64,000 bases of DNA from Myxococcota bacterium (lineage in GTDB: Bacteria; Myxococcota_A; Polyangia; Nannocystales; Nannocystaceae). The translations under genes and the position numbers were made by a program. Under the pieces are notes generated by a model. The model made no database searches, was not told the origin of the DNA, and saw nothing but the letters and a program-made list of their open reading frames with translations. The DNA is taken from the NCBI GenBank assembly GCA_039028615.1, contig JBCCHT010000018.1, positions 128,001 to 192,000 on the forward strand. Direction: 5' to 3'. This document shows, one piece after another, positions 45,572-57,300 of this stretch (positions are counted from its first letter, which is position 1; every line of letters starts with the position of its first letter).

Positions 45572-48500
45572 ATGGAAAAGACGGCTCGATTCTCGGGGCG
45601 GCTGCTCGCAGCTGGTCTGTTGACCCTATGTGGATGTCACGACGATCCGCGGAGCGGCAATTTGCCCGGCTCCGTGTTGGTGGTGATGCCCGACGACACC
45701 GACGCGCTGGGTGAACGGCTGGCGGGCGAGACGGCGGACTACCTGGCCAAGGTCAGCGACCGCCCGGTGATCACGGTGCCGGTCGCCGACGCGTCGTTCG
45801 ATCGCCTGGCCGACATCGAGAAGCTCGCCGCCCATCATCGGGCCGGGTTGGTGGTGGTGCTCGAGGCCGATCGCCTCGCCACCGAGCAAGTCGACGCCGA
45901 GCGGATGGCTGGGCTCGGCGACTGGGGCTTTGCCCTCGAGACCCACGAGGTCGGCAGCTGGACCAATCGGCTCGAGGACGACGAGCCCGGGGCCACGGTG
46001 GTGCTGACGGCGGGGCCGAGCGCGCTGCCCCGGCAGTACGCTGCCTACGAGCTGCTGCGGCGCCTCGGCGTACGGTTCTTCCATCCCGAGCACGAGTACG
46101 TGCCCACCCACGAGTCGGCCGACCTCCGCGACCTGGCGCGGCGCCCCACCGCGCTGCATCGCGACGGTGACGACTATCGGCCCGACTTCGCCTGGCGCTC
46201 GTGGTCGTTCCACGGGGCGCACCCGCTCGAGCACCTCGAGGCGTTCTCCGATCCCGAGCATCCCATCGACGAGGCGGTCGCGGTCAACGATTGGATCGTC
46301 AAGAACTTCGGCAATCGCTTCCGCGGGGCCGGGCGGGGGGCGGTGCCCGAAGAGGCTCGGCAGCGGCGGGTCGAAGAACTCGAGCAGTGGCGAACCACGC
46401 TGGGTTTTCCGCGAGGCACGGGCATCTCGCTGCACAACCTCCAGCAGGGGGCCAACGCCGAGATCGATCCCAACAGCGACGTGCCCGTGCGCGACCAGAT
46501 CGAGTCTTTGGTCGGCCAGCGCCTGCGCGACCGCCCCGACGCGGAGTGGTTCGGCATCCACTTCGGCCCCACCGAGTTCACCACCACGCCCGGTCCCGAG
46601 ACGGTGCAGTGGATCGACTGGGCGGGTCAGGCCGCGCTGCGCCTCAAGCCGGACATCGCCGTCGAGATCAACAACCACATCACGGGTACGCAGCCGACCC
46701 CGGGCTTCGACGATCTCGGCTGTCCCAACGGCACCAACGACGACGGCGTCATCGACTACTACGACCTGGCGTTCCACACCGATCCTCGCCTGGGGATCCG
46801 GGTGCACACCGTCATGTTCTATCCGCTCGAGGGGCCGGCCCGCGTCTACAACCAACAGAGCTTCGCCCACAAAAAGTGCCTCATGGAGCGGGCGTCGGCC
46901 GAAGGCCGGCCCCTTCATTGGTTCCCCGAGGGCTCGTGGTGGCTGAGCTTCGACAACTCGGTGCCCGCCTACCTGCCGCTGTACATGGCCACGCGGGCCC
47001 GCGACATCGAGCTTCTGCGTCCGCTGCTAAAGTCCCGGGGCGGCGGCACCGTCGACGAGCACCGCATGTTCAACAGCGGCCACGAGTGGGGCTACTGGCA
47101 GCAGGACTACGTGGTGGGGCTGATGGGCTGGAACGCCGACGTCACCCTGCCGCAGGTGCTCTCGGAGATCTTCGATCCGTTGTGCGAGCCCGCGGCCTGG
47201 CGAGAGGGTTGCGGAGCCAAGACCGAGGCCATCGCGGTGATGGACGAGGTCATGGAGCACCAACGCGAGTTCTTCCTGACCCGCGAGGACTGGCAGGGCC
47301 GCCCCGGTGGGCTCTATGCGTACTTTGCTGGCGAAGACGAAGCCGACGAGATCGCCGCGGCGAGCGGGCTCGAGTTCCGGCCCGTGCGGGTGTCGTTCTC
47401 CGAGGTCCTGACCTGGGATGCCGAGCAGCTCGAGCACTTCCGCCAGACCGATCTGCAGGGGCTGCGCGACGCGGCGGCGGCCTACGAAGGCTGGCGGGCG
47501 CGACTCGAGGCGGTGCGCGCCCGCGTGCCCGAAGCGGGGCAGCCGTGGCTGGCCGAGGTCCTCGACGGCATCGAGATCGACGGGCTGCGGGCGGCTCAGA
47601 CTGCGGGGCTGTACGAAGCCGTGCTCACCTATCGCGAGACCGAGCTCAGCGGCGAGGGGGACCCGGCTACCATTGCCTACCCCCACTGGTTTGGCGCGCT
47701 CGAGGTGCTCGCCCAGGCGCAGCGGGTCATCATGCGGCGCGAGTCCAGCTATCGCTATCCCGCGGCGCAGACCCACGGCGGGGGGCTCACCGATGCCACC
47801 GCCGTCGACAACGGCACCACCTACCCCTATCGGGTTCACACGAAGACGCACCTGCTGACCTACTGGCTCAACCGCCACGCTCAGGTCACGCGCTTGCTGG
47901 TCGGTGAAGGCATCGGCGGTGATCCGGTGCAGCTCGAGCTGGCCGAGGCGCTCGACCACACCGGGGCGCCGCTGAAGCTCGAGTGGCCGACGCTCGAAGA
48001 CCTCACCGGGGAAATCGAGATCGGCGAGCACCGGGTCGACCCCTCCATGCTCGAGCTCGACCTCGGCGGCACGCCCGGGTATTGGCCGGTCAGCGGTCAG
48101 CTCTCGTCCAACGGATCGCCCGTGGTCATCGATGCGGGCGGGGTCGTGCGCAGCGACGTGCTCGCCACCACTCCCGCGCAGGGCATGGCCGTACTCGTGC
48201 CCGACGATCCCGCCACCGAGGGCGTGCTCGCCAGCGTGTTGCCCTCCATGCGTTGGGCCTGGGTGCCCGAGCCGAGCGCGCTGGTCTTTGCCCCCGACGC
48301 CGACGGCGATGGTTCGGTGAGCTACGACTCGCTGGTCCACGCGGCCACCGCTTCGGGTGATGCCAGCGGGTTCTCCACCGAGCCGGTCGAGATCGCCTTG
48401 CCCGTCGCGCTCAGCTCCGGCGGCGAGACCCTGTACATCACCATCGCCGACGCCGAGCTCTCCGGGCGGATCGAAGGCGGCGTGCTCGCCGATCCGGTGA

Positions 48501-48664
48501 CGCTCGACGGGCAGCTGTCGGTCGAGGACGTCGTTGCGGCCGCGATCGAGCTGGCCGGGTTCGACGAAGCGGGCACGATTGCGCTGCTGGCCGGGGTGTG
48601 GGGCTTCGATCCCGCCGACCCGCCGCAGTGGGTGCCGATCGTCGCCGAGCTGCGCGTCGAGTAG
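45572..48664 (+). CDS. Large lipoprotein, possible glycoside-hydrolase-like (GH20/67/115-type N-domain plus barrel)
   Basis: Lipobox LCGC; QYAAYELLRRLGVRFFHP...PDFAWR; HPLEH; FNSGHEWGYW. Confidence 0.7.
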   Translation: MEKTARFSGRLLAAGLLTLCGCHDDPRSGNLPGSVLVVMPDDTDALGERLAGETADYLAKVSDRPVITVPVADASFDRLADIEKLAAHHRAGLVVVLEADRLATEQVDAERMAGLGDWGFALETHEVGSWTNRLEDDEPGATVVLTAGPSALPRQYAAYELLRRLGVRFFHPEHEYVPTHESADLRDLARRPTALHRDGDDYRPDFAWRSWSFHGAHPLEHLEAFSDPEHPIDEAVAVNDWIVKNFGNRFRGAGRGAVPEEARQRRVEELEQWRTTLGFPRGTGISLHNLQQGANAEIDPNSDVPVRDQIESLVGQRLRDRPDAEWFGIHFGPTEFTTTPGPETVQWIDWAGQAALRLKPDIAVEINNHITGTQPTPGFDDLGCPNGTNDDGVIDYYDLAFHTDPRLGIRVHTVMFYPLEGPARVYNQQSFAHKKCLMERASAEGRPLHWFPEGSWWLSFDNSVPAYLPLYMATRARDIELLRPLLKSRGGGTVDEHRMFNSGHEWGYWQQDYVVGLMGWNADVTLPQVLSEIFDPLCEPAAWREGCGAKTEAIAVMDEVMEHQREFFLTREDWQGRPGGLYAYFAGEDEADEIAAASGLEFRPVRVSFSEVLTWDAEQLEHFRQTDLQGLRDAAAAYEGWRARLEAVRARVPEAGQPWLAEVLDGIEIDGLRAAQTAGLYEAVLTYRETELSGEGDPATIAYPHWFGALEVLAQAQRVIMRRESSYRYPAAQTHGGGLTDATAVDNGTTYPYRVHTKTHLLTYWLNRHAQVTRLLVGEGIGGDPVQLELAEALDHTGAPLKLEWPTLEDLTGEIEIGEHRVDPSMLELDLGGTPGYWPVSGQLSSNGSPVVIDAGGVVRSDVLATTPAQGMAVLVPDDPATEGVLASVLPSMRWAWVPEPSALVFAPDADGDGSVSYDSLVHAATASGDASGFSTEPVEIALPVALSSGGETLYITIADAELSGRIEGGVLADPVTLDGQLSVEDVVAAAIELAGFDEAGTIALLAGVWGFDPADPPQWVPIVAELRVE

Positions 48665-48802
48665 GCACGGGCCATAGGCGTCGCCTGGCGCTCGGATCGG
48701 GTGAGCGGGGAGGCGGCCGTGCGCGGCCGCTCGGGCCTCGTCGTGTGTGCGGGCGCAAACCCCACACAGCTGCCCGAGGGTTTGCATTCGCGCCGCATCG
48801 CG

Positions 48803-48830
48803 CTAAGTAAATGAGCACTCACTTACTTAG
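48803..48830. promoter_or_regulatory. TetR operator palindrome
   Basis: CTAAGTAAATGAGCACTCACTTACTTAG, AT-rich inverted repeat 30 bp upstream of tetR. Confidence 0.75.
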
Positions 48831-48860
48831 TCCTCCCAGCGATCCCGAAACGCCGTTCTC

Positions 48861-49475
48861 ATGCGACCTCGCCAATTCACGGACGAAGCGCTGCTCGAAA
48901 CCGCGCGCCGCTGTTTCCTCGAACAGGGCCCGGGGGTGTCGACCTCGGTCATCGCCGCGGAGCTGGGGGTGTCCCAGGCGGCGTTGTTCAAGCGCTTCAA
49001 GACCAAGCAGGCGCTGCTGATCGCGGCCCTCGCCCCGCCCGAGATTCCGCCCTGGGTCGAGGCGGTCATGGCCGGGCCCGACGAGCGCCCCGTGCCCGAT
49101 CAGCTGCGCTCGATCGTGGAGGGCATCGACGCCTTCTTCTCCGGGATGATCCCCTCGCTCACCGTGCTGCACGCGGCGGGTCTCGATCCCAAGTGCATGA
49201 TGGCCGAGTTCGAGGTGCCGCCGCCCACCGCCGCCCATCGGGCGCTCACCGGTTGGCTCACCGCGCTGCACGACAGCGGGCGCGCCCTCGTGCCCGCGCC
49301 CAAATCCACCGCCATGACTTTCCTGGGCACCATCCATGCCCGGCACATGCTCGGGCACGTCTTGGGTGAGCACGCGCCCCAGACCGAGCCCGAGTTTCTG
49401 TCGAACCTGGTCGACCTGATCTGGGCGGGCATCGATCCGTCCCGCTCCCCATCCTCCGAAGGAGGTTCGCGATGA
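48861..49475 (+). CDS. TetR-family regulator of the efflux operon
   Basis: RPRQFTDEALLETARRCF...IAAELGVSQAALFKRFKTK; ATGA overlap with the next gene. Confidence 0.93.
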   Translation: MRPRQFTDEALLETARRCFLEQGPGVSTSVIAAELGVSQAALFKRFKTKQALLIAALAPPEIPPWVEAVMAGPDERPVPDQLRSIVEGIDAFFSGMIPSLTVLHAAGLDPKCMMAEFEVPPPTAAHRALTGWLTALHDSGRALVPAPKSTAMTFLGTIHARHMLGHVLGEHAPQTEPEFLSNLVDLIWAGIDPSRSPSSEGGSR

Positions 49476-50668
49476 AGATCGTCACCCGATTGTTGTTGCC
49501 CGGCGTCATCACCCTGTCCGCGGTCGCGGGCGCCGTGATGCTCGTGCAGTCGGCCGAGTCCGCCGAGCGCGAGCCCCCGGCCGCCGAGGCACCCCTGGTC
49601 GAGTACATCCGCGTGCAGCGGGAGTCGGTGCCGCCGCGCCTGCCTGGCACGGGGGTCGTCGAGCCGGCTCGCGAAGCGATGATCACCCCCGAGCTCTCCG
49701 GGCGCATCGTGTACCTGTCGCCGTCGTTGGTGGTGGGCGGTCGCTTCGAGGAAGGCGAGGTGCTGCTGCGGCTCGACAAGCGCGACTACCAGATCGCGCT
49801 GACCCAGCAGCGCTCGCAGGTCGAGCAGGCGAAGGTCGAGCTCGAGCTCGAGAAGGCCCACGGCAAGGTCGCACGCAAGGAGTGGGAGCTGATGGGCAGC
49901 TCCGAGGAGGCCGGCCGCCTGGCGAGCCGCGTGCCGCAGCGCGAGGCGGCCCAGCTCAAGGTGGACTCGGCCAAGAGCTCGTTGCGACGCTCCAAGATCG
50001 ACCTCGAGCGCACCACGATTCGGGCGCCCTTCAATGCCACGGTGACCTCCGAGTCGGTGGAGATCGGCGAGATCGCCAGCCCCGGCGGAGCGGTGGCCAC
50101 TCTGGTCGGCACCGACGAGCTGCTCGTGCGGGTCTCGGTGCCCGTGGAGTCTCTGGCCTTGCTCGACATCCCCGGCTACGGCGCGGACGAGGGCTCGGTG
50201 GCCATCATCACGCAGCGCCTCGGCCGTCGCGGCACCGTGCAGCGCGAGGGTCGAGTGATTCGGCTCGTCAACGAGCTCGACCCGGATAGCCGCATGGCGC
50301 AGGTGTTGGTGGAGGTGAAGTCTCCGCTCGATCCCCGGCCCGGCGAGCTGCCCCTTTTGCCCGGGGCCTTCGTCGAAGTGGAACTCTCCGGGGCGCCCGT
50401 GCCCGACGTGGTGCCGGTACCCCGTGTCGCCGTATTCGAGGGGCGCCACGTGTGGGTGATGAACGACGACGAGACCCTCACGCGCCGCGAGCTGACGATC
50501 GGCTGGGGTGACGACACCAAGGTCTACGTCACGGCGGGCTTGGCCGAAGGCGATCGCATCGTGCTGACCCCACCGTCTCCCGTGCTCGACGGCATGAAGG
50601 TCCGAGGGGAAGCGGCGGCCGAAGAGGGCCGCGTCTCCGCCGTCATTCAAGACTCGACGCAGGGGTAA
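49472..50668 (+). CDS. RND efflux periplasmic adaptor (membrane fusion protein)
   Basis: ELSGRI, GEVLLRLD, LERTTIRAPFNA, LLPGAFVEV, GLAEGDRIV. Confidence 0.95.
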   Translation: MKIVTRLLLPGVITLSAVAGAVMLVQSAESAEREPPAAEAPLVEYIRVQRESVPPRLPGTGVVEPAREAMITPELSGRIVYLSPSLVVGGRFEEGEVLLRLDKRDYQIALTQQRSQVEQAKVELELEKAHGKVARKEWELMGSSEEAGRLASRVPQREAAQLKVDSAKSSLRRSKIDLERTTIRAPFNATVTSESVEIGEIASPGGAVATLVGTDELLVRVSVPVESLALLDIPGYGADEGSVAIITQRLGRRGTVQREGRVIRLVNELDPDSRMAQVLVEVKSPLDPRPGELPLLPGAFVEVELSGAPVPDVVPVPRVAVFEGRHVWVMNDDETLTRRELTIGWGDDTKVYVTAGLAEGDRIVLTPPSPVLDGMKVRGEAAAEEGRVSAVIQDSTQG

Positions 50669-50674
50669 ACCGCC

Positions 50675-53600
50675 ATGGACCAGCGCGACGATCGACCGGA
50701 GTCCGCCTCGGCGAGCATGAGTGGTGTCCGTGCCCCGCGTGCCAAGGGCGCGCTGGCGTGGATGGCCAGCAACTCGGTGGCCGCCAACCTGCTGATGTTC
50801 GTGCTCGTGGTGGGCGGCATCCTCGGCGTGGTTCGCACCAAGCAGGAGGTCTTCCCCGAGTTCTCGCTCGACAACATCACCGTCTCGGTGCCCTATCCCG
50901 GCGCGAGCCCGGCCGAGGTCGAGCAGGCGATCTTGCTCGCCATCGAAGAGCGGGTCCGCGGCCTCGATGGCGTCAAGCGGGTCAAGGGCACCGCGCGCGA
51001 GGGCTCGGGCTCGGTCACCGTCGAGCTGTTGCTCGACGCCCAGCCCGACCAGGTGCTGGCCGACGTCAAGAACGAGGTCGACCGCATCACCACCTTCCCG
51101 CAGGAGGCCGAGCAGCCCACGGTCAGCCTGGCCAAGAATAGGCGTCAGGTCATCTCGCTGATCCTGTCGGGCGACCAAGATCTACGCACGCTGCACGACC
51201 TCGCCGAGGAAGCGCGGCGCGAGCTGCTGGCCTCCGAGGGCGTCACGCAGGTCGAGCTCGAAGGCGTGCCTCCGCTGGAGATCGCCATCGAGATCTCGCG
51301 GGAGACTCTCGAGCAATACGGGCTGACCTTGCAGCAGGTCGCGGCCGAGGTCTCGGCCGCGTCGCTCGAGCTGCCCGGCGGCGGCATCGATACCGCCAAG
51401 GGGGAGATCCTGGTGCGCGTCGCCGATCGGCGCCTGCTGGGGCACGAGCTCGAGGAGCTGGTGATCCGTGGCACCGCGCGGGGTGGCCAGGTGCGCCTGG
51501 GCGACATCGCCAAGATCTCCGACGGCTACGAAGATACCGATCAGTACTCGCTGTACGACGGGCGCCCCGCGGTGCGGCTCACTGCCTATCGCGTGGGCTC
51601 GGAGACGCCGACCTCGGTCGCCGACACCGTGCACGACTACGTCGACCAGCTGCGCGAACGCGTGCCCGCCGGGGTCCACGTCGACACCTGGCAGGACGAC
51701 TCCGAGATGCTGCGCGCGCGCATCGACCTGCTGCTGCGCAACGCGGGCATGGGCCTGGTGCTGGTGCTCGTCACCCTGGCGCTGTTCCTCGACCTGCGGC
51801 TCGCCTTCTGGGTGGCGCTGGGCATCCCGATCTCGTTCCTCGGCTCCTTCCTCATCCTCGGGGGCACCGACCTGTCCATCAACATGATCACCCTGTTCGC
51901 GTTCATCGTGACGCTGGGCATGGTGGTCGACGATGCCATCGTGGTGGGTGAACGGACCTACGCCAAGATGGACGAGGGGCTCGGGCCGCGGGCGGCTGCC
52001 ATTGCGGCGGCCAAGGAAATGGCGTCGCCGATCACCTTCGCCATCCTCACCACCGTCGCCGCCTTCGCCCCCATGTTCTTCGTGCCGGGCACCATGGGGA
52101 AGATCTTCAAGATGATCCCCGCGGTGGTCATCTCGGTGCTGATCCTGTCGCTCATCGAGTCGTTCTTCGTGCTGCCGGCCCACCTGGCCCACAGCAACGG
52201 CGCGAAGCGACTGCCTCGCAAGGGCCTCATCGGTCTCCCCGGTCGGTTCCAACGCGGCGTCGCCGGGACCCTCGCCTGGTTCACCCACAGCGTCTATCGG
52301 CCCACCGTCGCGGCCATGGTGCGCCAGCGCTACATCACGTTCTCCGTCGCGCTGGCCACCTTCGTGCTCACCGTCGGCTTCGTCGCCAGCGGTCAGGTGC
52401 CCTTCAACTTCTTCCCCAAGCTCGCGGGTGACGTCGTCACCGTGCAGGCGCAGCTGCCCTACGGCGTGCCCGTCGAGCAGACCGAGAAGATCCGTGCCGA
52501 GCTGGCCAAGTCGCTGGCCGCCACCATCGACGAGTTCGGCGACGACGGCATTCGCGGCGTGTTCACCCGGGTGGGCGAGCAACCGGCGCAGCGCGGCCCG
52601 GGTGGGGGCCAGGCCGAGACGGGCAGTCATCTCGTCGCGCTCGAGGTCGCCATGGTGCCCTCGGACGAGCGGGACTTCACCGTCGAGGATTTCACCGCCC
52701 GCTGGGAAGCGCTCACGCCTCCGCTGCGGAACCTCGATGCGATCACCTTCAACAGCTCCACCGGTCCGGGCGCAGGCGAAGCGGTGGCCGTGCAGCTGCT
52801 GCACCCCGACACCGAAATCCTCGCCCAGGCCTCCGAAGAGGTCGAAAACGAGCTGCGCTCCTATCCGGGGCTGCGCAACATCAGCAACGAGTACTCCTCG
52901 GGCAAGCCGCAGCTCGACTTTCATCTCGTCGAGCAGGCGCGCTCGTTGTCGCTGAGCAGCAACGAGGTCGCCGTCCAGCTTCGCTCGCGCTTCTTCGGCG
53001 CCGAGGCCATCCGCGAGCAGCGGGGTCGCAACGAGCTCAAGATCATGGTGCGGCTGCCTCAGGACCAGCGCAGCTCCGAGCACGACCTCGAGTCGCTCAT
53101 GATCCGCACGCCGCGGGGCTCCCAGGTCCCGCTCCACTACGTCGCCGACTTCGAGCGGGGCCAGGCCGCGACCGCCATCCGTCGCGAGGACGGCCAGCGC
53201 ACCATCACCGTGTCCGCCGAGCTCGCCAAGGGCGTCGAGTCCTCGCGGGAGATCCTCGCCAACCTCGACGAAGAGGTCTATCCGCGGCTGCGCGAGCAAT
53301 ACCCTGGCCTCACCATCGAGCTCGCCGGGGCGCAGCGCGAGCAAAAAGAGTCCTTCGAAGCGCTCGGGCAGAGCTACATCTTCGCGCTGTTCATCATCTA
53401 CGCCCTGCTCGCCGTTCCCTTTCGTAGCTACATCCAGCCCGTCATCATCATGGCGGTGATCCCCTTCGGCTTCGTCGGGGCCATCCTCGGGCACGTGATC
53501 ATGGGCTACAGCCTGAGCATCATGAGCATCTTTGGTCTCGTCGCCCTCTCCGGCGTCGTGGTCAACGACTCGCTGGTGCTCATCGATGCCACCAACCGCG

Positions 53601-53965
53601 AGCGTCGTGCGGGCAAGTCTGCCTTCGATGCCATCTTGGCGGGTGGCACCACCCGCTTGCGGCCGATCTTGCTGACCTCGCTGACGACCTTCTTCGGCCT
53701 CATGCCGATGATGGCCGAGACGTCAGTGCAGGCCCGCTTCCTCATTCCCATGGCGATCAGCCTCGGGTTCGGCGTGCTGCTGGTGACCTTCATCGTGCTG
53801 CTGGTCGTGCCCGCGCTGTACATGATCGTCGAGGACTTCCGCTCGCTCTTCGGTGAGGTCGACGTGCACGGCGGGGCGGGCGAACAAGCCGAGGCTCCCG
53901 CGTGGACGCCCTCTGCGGTGGACGAGGACGCATCCGGGCGCGTGACCGCACCGCCACGGCAATGA
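50675..53965 (+). CDS. RND efflux permease (AcrB/AcrD/AcrF family)
   Basis: YPGASPAEVE, GMVVDDAIVVGE, GVVVNDSLVL, RLRPILLTSLTT. Confidence 0.97.
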   Translation: MDQRDDRPESASASMSGVRAPRAKGALAWMASNSVAANLLMFVLVVGGILGVVRTKQEVFPEFSLDNITVSVPYPGASPAEVEQAILLAIEERVRGLDGVKRVKGTAREGSGSVTVELLLDAQPDQVLADVKNEVDRITTFPQEAEQPTVSLAKNRRQVISLILSGDQDLRTLHDLAEEARRELLASEGVTQVELEGVPPLEIAIEISRETLEQYGLTLQQVAAEVSAASLELPGGGIDTAKGEILVRVADRRLLGHELEELVIRGTARGGQVRLGDIAKISDGYEDTDQYSLYDGRPAVRLTAYRVGSETPTSVADTVHDYVDQLRERVPAGVHVDTWQDDSEMLRARIDLLLRNAGMGLVLVLVTLALFLDLRLAFWVALGIPISFLGSFLILGGTDLSINMITLFAFIVTLGMVVDDAIVVGERTYAKMDEGLGPRAAAIAAAKEMASPITFAILTTVAAFAPMFFVPGTMGKIFKMIPAVVISVLILSLIESFFVLPAHLAHSNGAKRLPRKGLIGLPGRFQRGVAGTLAWFTHSVYRPTVAAMVRQRYITFSVALATFVLTVGFVASGQVPFNFFPKLAGDVVTVQAQLPYGVPVEQTEKIRAELAKSLAATIDEFGDDGIRGVFTRVGEQPAQRGPGGGQAETGSHLVALEVAMVPSDERDFTVEDFTARWEALTPPLRNLDAITFNSSTGPGAGEAVAVQLLHPDTEILAQASEEVENELRSYPGLRNISNEYSSGKPQLDFHLVEQARSLSLSSNEVAVQLRSRFFGAEAIREQRGRNELKIMVRLPQDQRSSEHDLESLMIRTPRGSQVPLHYVADFERGQAATAIRREDGQRTITVSAELAKGVESSREILANLDEEVYPRLREQYPGLTIELAGAQREQKESFEALGQSYIFALFIIYALLAVPFRSYIQPVIIMAVIPFGFVGAILGHVIMGYSLSIMSIFGLVALSGVVVNDSLVLIDATNRERRAGKSAFDAILAGGTTRLRPILLTSLTTFFGLMPMMAETSVQARFLIPMAISLGFGVLLVTFIVLLVVPALYMIVEDFRSLFGEVDVHGGAGEQAEAPAWTPSAVDEDASGRVTAPPRQ

Positions 53966-54367
53966 CCCACGATCCCGCCAAGCCCGGTCACGGGCCGACG
54001 CCGTCGAGTATGCGCTCGAGCGAACACGGCGGAGCTGCGTGAGTCCTCGACGGACGCGAATCTGCCCTCGTGTCGGGTGCATTGTTTGCCCTCGCCCAGA
54101 CGACTCCCTTCTCGCGAGGGGCAACTCCCTTCCGTTTCCCCTGAAGGTCTATTGGGCTGACCCGCTGCCGCGGCGATGTGGATGTGGTGATGATGGGTTC
54201 GTGAACGGTGACCTCCGACTGCGAACCGCTTCGACTCGCGCACTCGCGTGAAGGAATAGTCGCGCCCCCAACCGCAGTGGACAGGAATTCGGAGACAAAG
54301 AAAGGGTGTCCAACCTCGTTCGGGGCACCAGCTACTTGCAGCAGAAGTTCGTCTCGAGGGGACAACG

Positions 54368-57300
54368 ATGCAGCAAGGGTTACCAAACTCCAATTCTCTA
54401 TCCGTACTCCATGCATCCATGGCGATGGCGCTCGCCGTGGGGCCGGCGGCGTTGGGGGCGTGTACGGCCGCGACGGATCTGGACGAAGAGCTGTCCGGGG
54501 GGACGAGCTCGCCGATCGATGAGAGCGAAAATCAAGAGCTCCACGCCGAGCCACCGAATCCCGAGCCTCAGCTCGACGATGTCGGTCTGGGCATCGGTGG
54601 CTTCGCGCTCGATGGCGAGACCAGCTACGACTATGCAGCGCGTGCCTTCACTCCGGTCGGCGATGTCAATGGGGACGGCATCGACGACTTCGCGGTCGGG
54701 GCCCACGGCAACGACGAGGGGGGATCGAGCGCGGGCCATACCTATGTGGTCTTCGGTCAGAACTCCTTTCCCGCGGGGCCGCTCGATTTGGGCGCGGTCG
54801 GGGGCTCGGTGCCCGGCATCTCGTTCATGGGGAGTACCGGCGACGTCTCGGGCTACGCCATCGGTGGCGGAGGAGACTTCAATGGCGATGGCCTCGCCGA
54901 CCTGATCGTCGGCGCGCGGGGCCACAACGGCTCCCGGGGGAGCACCTACGTGATCTACGGGCACCCTCAGCTGGGGGGCTCGGATGTGCCGCTCTATGCC
55001 GTCGAGCTCATGTACGGCACGGGCAACGCCTCGGGGTTGGTGTTTCGGGGCGAGTCTTCCTCCGACTCCAGCGGCTTCAGTGTGGCCAACGCGGGCGACG
55101 TCAACGGCGACGGGCTCGACGATCTCCTGATCGGGGCGCCCTACGCCGACCCCAACGGCAGCGCGTCGGGTCGCACCTATGTGGTCTTCGGTGGGCAGCA
55201 CTCGCCGATCGCCGCGTGGGTCGATCTCGATACGGTGGCCCAGGGCAACGGCGGTGTCGCCATCGACGGTGAGAACGGGTCCGACTATAGCGGGTACACC
55301 GTCGATGGAGCGGGTGACGTCAACGGCGACGGCTTTGCCGATGTGCTGATCGGCGCGCCGTGGGCCGATCCGAACGGCAACTCCTCCGGTCGGACCTACG
55401 TCGTCTACGGTGCAGAGGACTTCGGCACGGGCCCGATCTCTTTGGCCGATGTGGCGGCGGGCCTGGGTGGCTTCGCGCTCGATGGCGAGAACGCCTACGA
55501 CTACGCGGGCCGAGGCCTCAGCCGCGCGGGTGATGTCGATGGCGATGGCCGGTCGGACATCCTCGTCGGGGCACCGGGCTACGACGGGCCGTCCTCTGCC
55601 AGTGGGCGCAGCTACATCGTCCTCGGTCAGGAAACGGTCGCCGCGAGCCCGATCGCGCTGGCCGACATCGTGTCCGGGGCCGGCGGCATCGTGCTCGACG
55701 GGATCTCGGGCAACAACGACACCGGGCGAAGTGTCGACGCCCTCGGTGACCTCAACGGGGACGGTCTCGACGACGTGCTCGTCTCGGCCGATCGGCGCGG
55801 CCCCGTGAGCGAGCCACTCGCGGGCACGTCCATGGTCGTCTTCGGTGGTGATGACCCCGGCCTCACCACCGAGCCCGGCATTCTCGCTTCCGTCGACGGC
55901 GCTTGGGAGGGGGGCTTCACCCTCGAGGGAGAGAACGCGGGCGATCGTGCGAGCTACGCTCTGAGCGGAATCGGTGACGTCAACGGCGACGGCGTGCCCG
56001 ACATCGGTGTCGGAGCCCCGTATGCCGATCAAGCGGGCACGAACGCGGGCCGGGCCTACGTGGCCTTCGGTGACCCGGCGCAAGGGAGCTACCACGTCGG
56101 ATATAGCCGGAGCCCGCGTGCCGTCGCGGACGAGTACGTCGTTGCGCAAGGGTCGACGTTGGCGATGGGTGGGCCGGGGTTGCTCGCCAACGACTTCGAT
56201 GCCGACGGCGATGGGTTCCTGGCCGTGCGCACCAAGTTCACGACGCCCGCTGGCTCCAATGTTCGGATCGATATCGACGGAGCAATGAGTTTCACGCCGC
56301 CCAGTGATCAGTGGTGGGGTCGTGACTCCTTCGAGTACACGATCGAGGACGACACGGGCCGTTCGGGCGTCGGTCGGGTCGACGTCGTGGTCTCGCCTAC
56401 GGCGATCTCGCTCGAGCTGGTCGCGACCGGTCACGGCGGATTCGCCCTCGATGGCGCCGAGCCCTTCGATGGTGCGGCGCAGGCCCTCTGTGGTGCGGGA
56501 GATATCGATCAGGACGGCTACGACGACCTGCTCCTGGGCGCGTTCGAGGCCGACTCACCGCTGACGAGCGCCGGGCAGAGCTATGTGTTCTACGGCGAGG
56601 CCAGCACCACGAGCCCCATCGAGCTGGCCATGGCGGCGACCGGGTTCTCTGGAGAGTCGGCCTTCGACTGGTCGGGCATTGCGGTGTCTCCGGCGGGGGA
56701 CTTCAACGGCGATGATGTGGACGACTTCCTCATCGGTGCACTGGGGTCGGACACGAACGGGAACCGCTCCGGTCGCAGCTACTTGGTCTTTGGTGATTCG
56801 CTGCGTCCCAGCGATCCGCTGGCCACCCTCGATGGAAACAACGGCATCATCTTCGACGGTGCGGCGGCCGAGGACGACTCGGGCCGTACCGTGGCCAGCG
56901 TCGGAGACGTCAATGGCGATGGCTTCGATGACATCGCCATAGCGGCCTATCGCGCCGACGTCTCCGAGGAGGACGAAGGGCGTGTCTATATCGTCTACGG
57001 CACCGACACTGGCTTGGGGCCCTTGCCCGTGCAGCTGTCCGACGTCGGAGTCTCGGTCCCCGGGTTCGTGATCGAAGGCGAGAGTGCGGGCGATTTCGCC
57101 GGCTTCGCGGTCTCGGGAGCGGCCGATTTCGACGGTGATGGTTACGACGACATCGTCGTCGGTGCCTACGATGCGCTGCAGACCGTGTGGGGCTCCGGGC
57201 GCGCCTACGTCATCTACGGTGGCCCGGCCATCCCTTCGCTGGTGTCGCTCGTCGACGTGGCCGATCCGACCACCGTGCCCGATCTCGGGATCGCCATCGA

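Noticed and set aside
54322..54340. Sigma54 promoter upstream of the FG-GAP gene
   Set aside because: GGCAC and TTGC are separated by 7 nt instead of the required 5.
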